From Acidimicrobiia bacterium (lineage in GTDB: Bacteria; Actinomycetota; Acidimicrobiia; IMCC26256; JACDBD01), in contig JBPCMN010000085.1 in the NCBI GenBank assembly GCA_051002235.1, positions 3,787 to 67,786 of the forward strand: a stretch of DNA of 64,000 bases. Reading direction: 5' to 3'. Positions within the stretch are counted from its first letter, which is position 1. Each line of letters opens with the position of its first letter. Below, one piece after another: positions 21,116 through 30,243 of the stretch. The notes beneath the pieces are model-generated. The model was not told the origin of the DNA and ran no database searches. It saw only the letters and a program-made list of their open reading frames with translations. A program made the translations under genes and the position numbers.

Positions 21116-22300
21116 ATGGCATCGCGATCCCGGCTCAAGGTCCTCCAGGTCATCACGCACCTCGACGTGGGAGGCGCGACCGAGGCCGCGGCCAACGCCT
21201 GCGCGCACGTGGACCCGCAGTCGTTCGACAGCACACTCGTGAGCGGCCCGCCGCCGGAGGGCCAGGGCGACTACACCGAGCGCTTTCGTGCGCTCGGTCT
21301 GCGGGTGATGACCGTGCCCGGGCTCCAGCGAGCGATCCATCCGGCGCGGGACCGCCAGGCGCTGCATCATCTGCGGCGGCTGTTCCGGGAGGAGGAGCCG
21401 GACATCGTCCACACGCACAGCAGCAAAGCGGGCGTGCTGGGCCGGCTGGCGGCCCACCGTGAGCACGTGCCCGCCGTCCTTCACACCGTGCACGGCTGGA
21501 GCTTCCACGAGCACATGGCATGGTCGACCCGCGCGATCTATCGGCGCCTCGAACGGCGTGCTGCGAAGTGGTGCACGCGCCTGGTCACTGTCTCCTACCT
21601 CGATCGTGCGAAGGGGCTCGCCGCCGGCATCGGAACGCCGGAGCAGTACACAACGATCCGCGATCTGAACGACCTCGCGCCCTACACCGCCGGCGCCGGC
21701 ACCGGGTCCGTCGCGCGGGCGCGGTTCGGACTCTCGGCCGATGGTCCGATCATTGGGACCGTCGGCCGGCTGAGCGACCAGAAGGACCCGCTCACGTGGA
21801 TGCGGGCGGCCGCGGCCATCGCCGGGCGCCGTCCCGATGCCGGCTTCGTGATGGTGGGCGCCGGGCCTTTGCGAGCCGACGTCGAGCAGCTGGCAGCCGA
21901 ACTCGGCGTGAGCGATCAACTGGTACTGACTGGCCTGCGCGACGACGTGCCTTCCCTACTCCCGGCGTTCGACGTTTTCCTGCTCACGTCGCGGTGGGAA
22001 GGCCTTCCGCTGGTCATCCCTCAGGCGATGGCGGCAGAGGTCCCGGTGGTCGCCACGACCGCCGACGGCAACCAGGAGATCATCCGCGACGGCGCGAATG
22101 GCACGCTCGTCGCGCCAGAGGATCCCGACGCGGCCGCGGCCGCGGTACTCGCGCTGATCGACGACCCCGAGCTCAGATACCGCCTCGTGACGACAGCACG
22201 GGAGACCGCGACCGAATTCTCGCTCGAGCAGACGATCCCCAAGCTCGAAGCCCTCTACCTCGAGTGCGCGGCGCGGGATCACAGCCCGGCGTCCGAATGA
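21116..22300 (+). CDS. GT4 glycosyltransferase
   Basis: GGATE, PDIVHTHSSKAG, HTVHG, VGRLSDQKDP, SRWEGLPLVIPQAMA (Ex7E motif reads Ex7Q). Confidence 0.9.
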   Translation: MASRSRLKVLQVITHLDVGGATEAAANACAHVDPQSFDSTLVSGPPPEGQGDYTERFRALGLRVMTVPGLQRAIHPARDRQALHHLRRLFREEEPDIVHTHSSKAGVLGRLAAHREHVPAVLHTVHGWSFHEHMAWSTRAIYRRLERRAAKWCTRLVTVSYLDRAKGLAAGIGTPEQYTTIRDLNDLAPYTAGAGTGSVARARFGLSADGPIIGTVGRLSDQKDPLTWMRAAAAIAGRRPDAGFVMVGAGPLRADVEQLAAELGVSDQLVLTGLRDDVPSLLPAFDVFLLTSRWEGLPLVIPQAMAAEVPVVATTADGNQEIIRDGANGTLVAPEDPDAAAAAVLALIDDPELRYRLVTTARETATEFSLEQTIPKLEALYLECAARDHSPASE

Positions 22301-22304
22301 TCCC

Positions 22305-23681
22305 GTGACGGTCCGGGGCCGGGGCGAGTTCGGGACCTTCCTCGCGTCCGTCGGCAAGCTCGCGGCCGGCCGCCAGCTCTCGGCGGCGGCTTTGATGGTC
22401 GCGTTCCTGGCCTTCCCCAACCTCGCTCCCGAAGCGACGGTCGAGGACGTGGTCTGGGCGTATTACGCGGTGCTGATCCTGTCGTCATTGCTCCTCCTCG
22501 GGCTCGACCGCATCGCCGCCACGCTGGTCGCGGAACGGGGAGACGCGAACCCGGTGGTGGCGCTGTCGCCGGCGCTCGTCCTGCGCACCCTGTCCGCGAT
22601 TCCGGTGGTCCCGGCGTTGTGGCTGCTGCTCGTGTTCGTCGACGTCCATCTGCCTCCGGGCGCGTGGTGGGCGACGGTGGTGTGGAGCATCGCGGTGCTC
22701 GTCCAGCTCACCCTGTTCGGTGCGCTGCGCAGCTTGGGGAACGCGTGGGCGGAGCCATCGGTCTACCTGGGTGCCCGCGCCGTCCAGGCGATTGCCCTCG
22801 TCGTCCTGCCGGACGCGAGCTCAACGGTGCTCGTCGTCGTCCTGGCGGCTGTTGACGTGGCGGGGGCAGTGGTCGCGGCTCGCGCCCTGGGGTGGGGTTG
22901 GCGGTCCTTGTCCATCCGGGGCTGGACAGCCGGCGTCCCGTGGCGGCGAGCGGTCGCTTACTGGGGCATGGATCTCAACGCGCTCTTCTACTTGCGGGCG
23001 AGCCTGCTCGTGGTGGGCCGGTTGCTGGGCGCGCGGGCCGGCGCGATTTTCGGGCTTCTCTACCGGCCGCTCGACGGGCTGCTGGGCGTGCAGAACGCCG
23101 CCAGCCTGTGGCTGTTCGCCGAGACCGTCCGTCGGCGCGCTCTCGGCGAGGACACCCGCTCCCTGCGGGATCGCTCGCTCCTCCTGTTCCCGGCGTTGGC
23201 GGTGATGGCCAGCCTGGTGATGATCCTGGCGGCGGGGCTCGTCGGAGAGTTCGTGTCCTTCCTGCGCGGTGGGGTCGACACCCTTCGGCTGTTGCTCGTG
23301 ACGTTGCCGCTGGTGGTCGTGAGCGTGACCGAGCTCTACGTTCGCAGCGCCCTCGGGCGCAACCGCTCCGTGCTCGCGATCGGGGCAATCACGCTGACGG
23401 TGAACGTGCTCCTCAACGTGTGGCTTGTCAACACGATGGGATTCGATGGAGCGGCCTGGGCGCTGCTGATGTCGGAGCTCGTCCAGGTCGCCCTGGTAGT
23501 CGGTCTCTCGACCGCGGACGAGCGACCTCTCGTCGCTCGTCAGGCGGCGCACGCGTTGTTCTGGTCGAGCCTGCTCCTGTTGCTCACGTTGTCACTCATT
23601 GAGGATTGGCCGGTGGTGGCGGCGGCGGCGGCCGTTAGTGTCGTTGTGTCCGTCATCGCCTACTTCGCGAAACGATCCTGA
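22305..23681 (+). CDS. Wzx-like oligosaccharide flippase / polysaccharide biosynthesis membrane protein
   Basis: 458 aa with about 12-14 hydrophobic segments, LGLD, ALGRNR...LTVNVLLNVWL...GAAWA C-terminal pattern; lies among GT genes. Confidence 0.7.
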   Translation: MTVRGRGEFGTFLASVGKLAAGRQLSAAALMVAFLAFPNLAPEATVEDVVWAYYAVLILSSLLLLGLDRIAATLVAERGDANPVVALSPALVLRTLSAIPVVPALWLLLVFVDVHLPPGAWWATVVWSIAVLVQLTLFGALRSLGNAWAEPSVYLGARAVQAIALVVLPDASSTVLVVVLAAVDVAGAVVAARALGWGWRSLSIRGWTAGVPWRRAVAYWGMDLNALFYLRASLLVVGRLLGARAGAIFGLLYRPLDGLLGVQNAASLWLFAETVRRRALGEDTRSLRDRSLLLFPALAVMASLVMILAAGLVGEFVSFLRGGVDTLRLLLVTLPLVVVSVTELYVRSALGRNRSVLAIGAITLTVNVLLNVWLVNTMGFDGAAWALLMSELVQVALVVGLSTADERPLVARQAAHALFWSSLLLLLTLSLIEDWPVVAAAAAVSVVVSVIAYFAKRS

Positions 23682-23749
23682 GGGGACGGCGCTGTCGCTA
23701 CGCGCACGATGCGCTGAGGGTGGGTCAGCGGCTGCAGACGAAGTACGAC

Positions 23750-25078
23750 CTAGAGGCCGCCGAGACGGAACACGTGGCGCAGCGTCCGCCGAATCACCTG
23801 GAGGTCGAGGGCCAGGCTCTGGTTGCGCAGGTAGAAGAACTCGTACTGGAGCTTCTCGAGTGCGTCGCCCTCGTTGCTCCCGTACGGGTACTTGATCTGG
23901 GCCCAGCCGGTGATTCCGGGCCGTACCAGGTGCCGGAGGTCGTAGAACGGGATCTTCTCGGTGAGCTCGATCACGTACCGTGGCTGCTCCGGCCGGGGGC
24001 CGACCAGGGTCAGGTCACCGCGGAGGACGTTGAGCATCTGGGGCAGCTCGTCGAGGTGCGTCCGCCGCAGTACCTGGCCGAAGGGCGTGATCCGAGGGTC
24101 GTCTCTCGTCGTCCACTCGCCCTCCGAGCCCGACACGCCCGCCCGCATGGTGCGGAACTTGATGATGTCGAACCGGGCCCCGTTCTGCCCGACCCGCGAC
24201 TGGCGGAAGAACAGCGGTCCGCGGTTGGCGACGAGGTTGCCCACCAGAACGACCGGGATCAAGATCGTCAGGGCTACCAACCCGAGGAGGCTGACGATCA
24301 CGTCGAGCACCCGCTTGATCCGGGCGTAACTCTGCCGGTGGACGTCGCCGATATCGAACATCAGCGCGAGGCGTTCGAGCTCAGAGATCGGCAGCTTGCC
24401 CAGCCACTCCTCGCAGAAGCCGGAGAGGGTGCGGATCCGAACACCGGCCTCGTGCAGATCGGCCGCCTGCGTCACGATGCTGTCGTCGGCCTGAGCGGCC
24501 TGGGCGAGTACGACCACCGTCGCATCGGTCGCGGCTGCCAGCTCGACGAGCGGCTTACCGGTGTCGGCCGACCTCACCTCTTCGGCGGTGACAGCCGCCA
24601 CGAGCTGAGCATCGCGTTCGGGCTCCCGCGACAGGTCGTGGCGGACGGCTTCGGCGTCGTCGGCGCGGGCCACGAGCACCACCCGATCTCGCTCCTGCGC
24701 CCCCGCCTTCCCCCTCCACGCGAGGGTGGCGCACCCGACGTACCAGGGGACGAGCACGATCGGGGCGCCGAAGACGACGAAGCGGGGCAGCAGTGCCGAG
24801 CCCGCGAGGAGCTGGAGGACGGAGACCGTGATCGCGGCCGCGATCGCGGCCGCGATCACCGCCGCGAACGCGGCGATAGTGGGGTTGCGGCCGCGTACCG
24901 TTGTCGGCAGCCCGGCACCGTAGGCCGAGACGCACAGGACGACGATGTACACCGCCGCCCACCCGTAGCGGAACCAGCCTGTGTACGGCTCGTCGTGGAG
25001 ACTTGCGTGGAGCTGCCCGAGCCCGATCACCGCTGCGACGGTTCCGAGGACGAGGAGCGCTCGGGCTGCCCGTACCAT
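23750..25078 (-). CDS. Priming polyprenyl-phosphate sugar-1-phosphate transferase (WcaJ/WbaP family)
   Basis: IKRVLD, IIKFRTM, DDPRITPFG, RTHLDELPQ, VGPRPE, RPGITGWAQ; N-terminal TM segments. Start ATG 25078 supported by CGG-TAGTCT-N8. Confidence 0.92.
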   Translation of the reverse strand: MVRAARALLVLGTVAAVIGLGQLHASLHDEPYTGWFRYGWAAVYIVVLCVSAYGAGLPTTVRGRNPTIAAFAAVIAAAIAAAITVSVLQLLAGSALLPRFVVFGAPIVLVPWYVGCATLAWRGKAGAQERDRVVLVARADDAEAVRHDLSREPERDAQLVAAVTAEEVRSADTGKPLVELAAATDATVVVLAQAAQADDSIVTQAADLHEAGVRIRTLSGFCEEWLGKLPISELERLALMFDIGDVHRQSYARIKRVLDVIVSLLGLVALTILIPVVLVGNLVANRGPLFFRQSRVGQNGARFDIIKFRTMRAGVSGSEGEWTTRDDPRITPFGQVLRRTHLDELPQMLNVLRGDLTLVGPRPEQPRYVIELTEKIPFYDLRHLVRPGITGWAQIKYPYGSNEGDALEKLQYEFFYLRNQSLALDLQVIRRTLRHVFRLGGL

Positions 25079-25158
25079 CCGCTCGGAGACTACCGTGCGG
25101 GCGCTATGCAGCGCGAGCGACGCGTGCGTCCGATGCTCGGGGCGATCAGCGCGTGGGA

Positions 25159-25908
25159 GTGAAGCAGCGGTTGCGGCGGATCGCACGGCGAGCCGGCTTC
25201 GACCTCGTTCGACATCCGCCGCCCGACCTCTCCCACGAGCTGCTCGACGTCGCGCGTCTGGTGCGGCCGTACACCATGACCTCCATCGAACGCATCAATG
25301 CACTCTACGAAGCGACGCGCTACGTCGTCCGCAACCGCGTCGCCGGAGCCATCGTCGAGTGCGGGGTCTGGCGGGGCGGCGGGATGATGGTCGTCGCCCG
25401 CGCCCTACTCGACGCCGGCGAGCCCGATCGGGAGCTGTTCCTCTTCGACACGTTCGCCGGCATGGTGGAACCGGGCCCGTTGGACCGGCGGACTGACGAC
25501 ACGCCCGCCGGCGAAGTCTTGGACAGCGACCAAGAGTACTGGTGTGTGAGCACGATCGACGAGGTCCGCCAGGCCCTCTCGAAGGTCGCGTATCCGCCGG
25601 ATCGGATCGAGCTCGTCGCGGGCAAGGTCGAGGAGACCGTGCCGGCGCGGGCGCCCGAGCGGATCGCCCTCCTGCGCCTCGACACTGACTGGTACGAATC
25701 CACCCGCCACGAGCTGGTCCATCTGTTCCCCCGCATCAGCCCCGGAGGCGTGCTCATCGTCGACGACTACGGCTACTGGAAAGGGGCGCGCCAGGCGGTC
25801 GACGAGTACGTGCGCGAGAACGACCTGCCGCTGCTCCTTCACCGCATCGATGATTGCGCCCGCGTCGCGGTGGTACCGGCGCGCCCGGTGCAACCCGGCG
25901 ACGGCTAA
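25159..25908 (+). CDS. TylF/MycF/NovP family sugar O-methyltransferase
   Basis: YTMTS, GAIVECGVWRGG, FDTFAG, LLRLDTDWYEST, VDDYGYW. Confidence 0.92.
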   Translation: MKQRLRRIARRAGFDLVRHPPPDLSHELLDVARLVRPYTMTSIERINALYEATRYVVRNRVAGAIVECGVWRGGGMMVVARALLDAGEPDRELFLFDTFAGMVEPGPLDRRTDDTPAGEVLDSDQEYWCVSTIDEVRQALSKVAYPPDRIELVAGKVEETVPARAPERIALLRLDTDWYESTRHELVHLFPRISPGGVLIVDDYGYWKGARQAVDEYVRENDLPLLLHRIDDCARVAVVPARPVQPGDG

Positions 25909-26558
25909 CGGCGGGGCAGGAACCCGCGTTGGCTCGGACGCCGTCCGACCCGGATGGGGCGGTCGGCGCGCGCAAAGAGCTCTCGGTCGCCACTGCTGTC
26001 GCCGTAGGCCCAGACGAACGCGGGCCGGTCGCCGAGCCAGGCATCGAGGCGGCGCACCTTCTCGGCCCGGCGCACGTTCGGCCTTGCCAGCCGCCCGGTG
26101 AGACGCCCGTCGGCGTCGACCTCGAGGTCGGTGCCGAGCGCGGCGTCGAAGCCGAGGTGCTCGGCGATGGGGTCGAGGTACGCGCTCAGGGAGGCGGAGA
26201 CGATCACCAGCTCATGACCCTGGCCGCGGTGCCACTCTGCCCGCTCGACCGCCTCCGCCCGAAGGTGTCGCCGGACGACGTCGGTGGCGAACCATTCGGC
26301 CACGTTGCCGAGCCGGTCGGCGTCGTACCCCGTGAGCGTCCGGCGAACCAGCGCGGCCTTGGCGGCGTCGCGACGGCGGTCGTCGACCGCGGCGGCGACG
26401 AGCCGGAGCGCGATGGTGAACAGCGCGCCGGTGACCTTCGCGGTGCCAACCGCGGCGCGCAAGAACGGGACCACGTTGTCACGCGGGGAGAGCGTCCCGT
26501 CGAAGTCGAACGCGGCGACGACGCGCTCCGTCCCCGGTTCCGGTTCCTCCACCGTCAC
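25905..26558 (-). CDS. HAD-IB family phosphatase (candidate polyprenyl-phosphoribose-5-phosphate phosphatase)
   Basis: Motif I AFDFDGT, motif II VSAS, motif III K, motif IV YGDSSGD; GTG overlaps the dprE2 stop. Confidence 0.87.
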   Translation of the reverse strand: MTVEEPEPGTERVVAAFDFDGTLSPRDNVVPFLRAAVGTAKVTGALFTIALRLVAAAVDDRRRDAAKAALVRRTLTGYDADRLGNVAEWFATDVVRRHLRAEAVERAEWHRGQGHELVIVSASLSAYLDPIAEHLGFDAALGTDLEVDADGRLTGRLARPNVRRAEKVRRLDAWLGDRPAFVWAYGDSSGDRELFARADRPIRVGRRPSQRGFLPRR

Positions 26559-27316
26559 AAGGGGAGGCGGCGGAACACGGGCCGAGGCAGGTGACGCAGC
26601 ACTGCCATGACCCAGCGCAGCGCCGGCGGCGCCCACACCGTGTGCGATCCCCGCGCCAGGCCGTCCACGATCGCCGCCGCCACTGCTTCCGGGGTGGTCG
26701 AAAGGGGGGCGGGGTCGAGACCCTTCGTCATCTTGGTGTGCACGAAGCCGGGTCGCACGACCATGACCTGCACGCCCGAGCCCGCCAGCGAGTCGCCGAG
26801 ACCCTGGAAGAACGCGTCGAGGCCCGCCTTGGTCGATCCGTAGACGAAGTTGGAGCGCCGGGCGCGCTCGCCCGCCACCGATGACAGGGCGACCAGGGTC
26901 CCGTGACCCTGCGATCGCATCCGGCGGGCCACTGACAACGCCACGGACACCGCGCCGAGATAGTTCACCCGCGCCAGTTCCACCGCCGCCGACGGGTCCC
27001 GCTCGGTTCGCTCCTGATCGCCGATCACTCCGAACGCGACGAGCACCAGGTCGAAGTCGCCGAAGCGGTCGAAGGTCTCGTCGACGAACGCGGCATGCGT
27101 GTCGGTGGCGGTGGCGTCGAACGCCACCGGCTCCACTGTCGTGGCGCCGAGGTCGCGTAACTCCTTCGCGGTCGTGTCGAGCTCGTCGGGGCGGCGGGCT
27201 GCCAGGACGACGGTGCGAGCCCGACGGTCGACCAGGTGGCGGCACGTCGCCAGGGCGATGTCGGAGCCACCGCCGAGCGCGAGGATCGACTGGACCGCGC
27301 CCAGCGCGTCCTTCAT
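26555..27316 (-). CDS. dprE2: Decaprenylphospho-pentofuranosid-2-ulose 2-reductase (SDR)
   Basis: MKDALGAVQSILALGGGSDIA, SSVAGERARRSNFVYGSTKAG, VRPGFVHTKMT, LRHLPRPVFRRLPL; follows dprE1. Confidence 0.9.
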   Translation of the reverse strand: MKDALGAVQSILALGGGSDIALATCRHLVDRRARTVVLAARRPDELDTTAKELRDLGATTVEPVAFDATATDTHAAFVDETFDRFGDFDLVLVAFGVIGDQERTERDPSAAVELARVNYLGAVSVALSVARRMRSQGHGTLVALSSVAGERARRSNFVYGSTKAGLDAFFQGLGDSLAGSGVQVMVVRPGFVHTKMTKGLDPAPLSTTPEAVAAAIVDGLARGSHTVWAPPALRWVMAVLRHLPRPVFRRLPL

Positions 27317-27326
27317 GTCGTTCGGC

Positions 27327-28697
27327 TCACGTCAGTCCGAGGCGACGGGTGAGGTCGGACTGGAGCACGTTGGACGGGTCGACCCGCTGGCGGACCTCGC
27401 GGAGTCGGTCGAGCTCGGGGTACATGACCGGCAGGAGCTCGGGGCGCAGCCGCGAATCCTTGGCCAGGTACACCCGGCCACCCACCGAGGCCACGAGCTC
27501 GTCGAGGTCGTCGAGCAGTACCGACAGCTCGCGGCCGCCAGCGGGGATGTCGAGCGCGAGCGTCCATCCCGGCACCGGGAACGAGAGCGGGCCGGGGTTG
27601 GCGGGCCCGAACCGCTTGAGCACCGCGAGGAACGAGCCACACTGCGCCGCGCTGAGCCGCTCGATGCTGCGGCGCACGGTCTCGTACTCGTCGTCGGGCA
27701 CGACGTACTGGTACTGGATGAACCCCCGGCTGCCGTAGACGCGGTTCCACCCGGCGACGCCGTCGAGCGGGTGGAAGAACGCGCCGATCGTCTCGAGGTG
27801 GCCGCGGCGTTGCGCCGCCGGCCGCCGGTACCAGATCTCGTTGAAGGCGCGGACGGTGAACCGGTTGAGGAGCCCGTTTGGAACCCACGGAGGTGCCGCC
27901 AGTCGGGTGTGCGGGTCGAAGCGCAGGGGCTCGCTCCGCGCCCGGTCGGGGAGTGCCTCGAGGCGGGCGTGGTCGCCCCGGCCGAGGACCGAGCGGCCGA
28001 GCGATTTCCCCGTGGCCAGACAGTCGATCCAGGCCACCGAATAGCGGTAGCGGTCGTCACCTTCCCGCATGCGCGCCATCACGTCGTCGAGGTTGCTCGC
28101 GCGTTCGATGTCGACCGAGAGCAGGGAGGTCTCGATGGGGATGAGACGCAGCGCCACCTCGGTGACGATGCCGGTGAGGCCCATGCCTCCCGCGGTCGCC
28201 CAGAAGAGGTCGGGGTCGGACGTCGGTGTCACCTCGAAGGTGCCTTTGGGAGTGCGCAGCGTCATCGACTCGACGTGGTTGGCGAAGCTGCCCTCGACGT
28301 GGTGGTTCTTGCCGTGGATGTCGGTGGCAAGCGCGCCGCCGACCGTGACGTGCCGGGTGCCCGGCGTGACCGGGACGAACCATCCCCGCGGGACGAACCT
28401 GCGCATGAGCGTGTCGAGGCTCATACCCGCCTCGACCCGCAGGAGGCCGCGGTCGTCGTCGAAGTCGATCACGCGGGCGAGCGCCGTCGCGTCGATGACC
28501 GAGCCGCCGGCGTTCTGGGCGGCGTCGCCGTAGCTGCGGCCGAGCCCGCGAGCGATGATCCCGCGGCGCGGCGCGTCCGCGAGGAGGTCGTCGACCGCGT
28601 CGGTATCTTCGGGGGCCGAGACGGTGGCGGCGGTCGGCGCGGTCCGCCCCCATCCAGTCAGCAGCCGCGGTTCGGGCGGATCAGTCAAGCGATACAC
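27327..28697 (-). CDS. dprE1: Decaprenylphosphoryl-beta-D-ribose oxidase (FAD)
   Basis: [77 protein letters not shown]. Confidence 0.92.
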   Translation of the reverse strand: MYRLTDPPEPRLLTGWGRTAPTAATVSAPEDTDAVDDLLADAPRRGIIARGLGRSYGDAAQNAGGSVIDATALARVIDFDDDRGLLRVEAGMSLDTLMRRFVPRGWFVPVTPGTRHVTVGGALATDIHGKNHHVEGSFANHVESMTLRTPKGTFEVTPTSDPDLFWATAGGMGLTGIVTEVALRLIPIETSLLSVDIERASNLDDVMARMREGDDRYRYSVAWIDCLATGKSLGRSVLGRGDHARLEALPDRARSEPLRFDPHTRLAAPPWVPNGLLNRFTVRAFNEIWYRRPAAQRRGHLETIGAFFHPLDGVAGWNRVYGSRGFIQYQYVVPDDEYETVRRSIERLSAAQCGSFLAVLKRFGPANPGPLSFPVPGWTLALDIPAGGRELSVLLDDLDELVASVGGRVYLAKDSRLRPELLPVMYPELDRLREVRQRVDPSNVLQSDLTRRLGLT

Positions 28698-29628
28698 CGA
28701 CCGCGAAGGACGCCACCCACATCAGGCCGAAGAGCTGGAGCACCCGGTCGCCGAACACGATCTCCTCCGGTGCTCCACCACGGCCCTGCTCGACGACCAA
28801 CGCGTAGCGCAGCACCCCGGCGACGAACGGGACGATCGACAGCCGAAACCAGAACACATCGCCGACCGCCTCGGCGTTCTCGAACGCCCACAGGCAGTAG
28901 GCAGTGATCGCCACTCCCGACGTGACCGAGCGCACGTAGTTGAGGTACGCCGACGAGTACTCGGCAAGGGTGCTGCGGTGCCCTGCCGACGCGTCGCCCA
29001 GCTCCATCTGCTCGGCGTGGCGTTTGCCGGTGACGATGAACAGGGAGCCGGCGCCGGCGACGATGAGGAACCAGTCGGACAACGGCACGTCGGTGGCGAC
29101 GCCCCCGGCGATGGCGCGCAGGACGAACCCGGCGGCGACGGCGCCGAGGTCGACGACGGGCTCGTGCTTGAGCCACAGGCTGTATGCGACCGTGATGGCG
29201 ATGTAGCCCCCTACGACGAGTGCGAGCTTGCCGCTGTTGAACGGGGCCGCCACCGCCAGCGCCGCCAGCACGAGCACGACCGCCATGGCCTTGGCGAGGC
29301 TTTCGCTCACCTGGCCGGCCGCGACCGGCCGGTTGCGCTTCGTCGGGTGCCGGCGGTCGGCGTCGGCATCGAGCGCGTCGTTGAGGAAGTACGTACCGCT
29401 CGCGGCCAGACAGAACGCGACGAACGCGGCGACGGTGCGGCCGAGCTCGTCGGCTTCGGTGAGCACACCGGCGGCGCCGGGCGCGGCGAACACGAGCACG
29501 TTCTTGGCCCACTGCTTGGGCCGCGCCGTGCGCAGCAGGCTGCGGGCGAGCGACGGGGAGGACCCCGTCGGAGCGGCGCCGGGCGAAGGCGCGGACGCGG
29601 CCGGAGGCCGTTCGGGCGCGACGGACAT
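28681..29628 (-). CDS. ubiA: Decaprenyl-phosphate phosphoribosyltransferase (UbiA superfamily, DPPR-synthase type)
   Basis: [60 protein letters not shown]...G.GGAPEE. Confidence 0.9.
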   Translation of the reverse strand: MSVAPERPPAASAPSPGAAPTGSSPSLARSLLRTARPKQWAKNVLVFAAPGAAGVLTEADELGRTVAAFVAFCLAASGTYFLNDALDADADRRHPTKRNRPVAAGQVSESLAKAMAVVLVLAALAVAAPFNSGKLALVVGGYIAITVAYSLWLKHEPVVDLGAVAAGFVLRAIAGGVATDVPLSDWFLIVAGAGSLFIVTGKRHAEQMELGDASAGHRSTLAEYSSAYLNYVRSVTSGVAITAYCLWAFENAEAVGDVFWFRLSIVPFVAGVLRYALVVEQGRGGAPEEIVFGDRVLQLFGLMWVASFAVGVSLD

Positions 29629-29635
29629 CGTACGA

Positions 29636-29641
29636 AGGCTA
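29636..29641 (-). promoter_or_regulatory. -10 element (TAGCCT) of the ubiA-dprE1-dprE2-HAD operon
   Basis: CCGG-TAGCCT-N7-ATG; the divergent pduO gene has TAGACT at 29657-29662. Confidence 0.6.
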
Positions 29642-29671
29642 CCGGAGAGCCCTGCGTAGACTCAGTGCGCG

Positions 29672-30229
29672 ATGCGAAAGGTCTATACGCGCACGGGGGA
29701 CGACGGCTCGACCGGGCTCTTCCACGGCGGGCGCGTCGGCAAGGACGCCGCCGGACCGCGGGCGTACGGCGCGGTCGACGAGGCCGTCTCCGCGCTCGGA
29801 CTCGCCCGCGCCGAGGCCGATCGGGGCTCGGAGCTCGATGAGTTGCTCGTGCAGTTGGAGCGGGAGCTCTTCGTCGCCGGGGCGGAGCTCGCGACCGATC
29901 CCGAACGACGGGCGAAGCTGGAGTCAGGTGTGTCACGCGTGACCGCCGAGATGGTGGCCGCGCTCGAGCCGATCATCGACGACGTCACCGCGCGATTCGA
30001 GGTCCCCCAGGAGTTCGTCCTGCCCGGCGAGAACCGCGTCGCCGCCGCTCTGGACGTCGCCCGGACCATCGTGCGCCGCGCCGAGCGCGAGTCGGTCGCC
30101 GCCGCACGCGACGGTTGGCTCGACGACAGTCACGTCGTCCCCTACCTGAATCGCCTGGCCGACCTCGTGTACACCCTCGCCCGGTGGCAGGAGGGTGCCT
30201 ACCGACCCGTGCGTACCGGCGACATCTAG
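29672..30229 (+). CDS. pduO: ATP:cob(I)alamin adenosyltransferase, PduO type
   Basis: KVYTRTGDDGST, AYGAVDEA, LFVAGAELA, EFVLPG, ARTIVRRAER, YLNRLAD. Confidence 0.93.
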   Translation: MRKVYTRTGDDGSTGLFHGGRVGKDAAGPRAYGAVDEAVSALGLARAEADRGSELDELLVQLERELFVAGAELATDPERRAKLESGVSRVTAEMVAALEPIIDDVTARFEVPQEFVLPGENRVAAALDVARTIVRRAERESVAAARDGWLDDSHVVPYLNRLADLVYTLARWQEGAYRPVRTGDI

Positions 30230-30243
30230 AGGACGGAGGACCC

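Noticed and set aside
23700-23735. CGCTGA/TCAGCG hairpin between convergent wzx and the priming transferase as a terminator
   Set aside because: Only a 6-bp stem with no U-tract; such stems are common by chance at this GC content.
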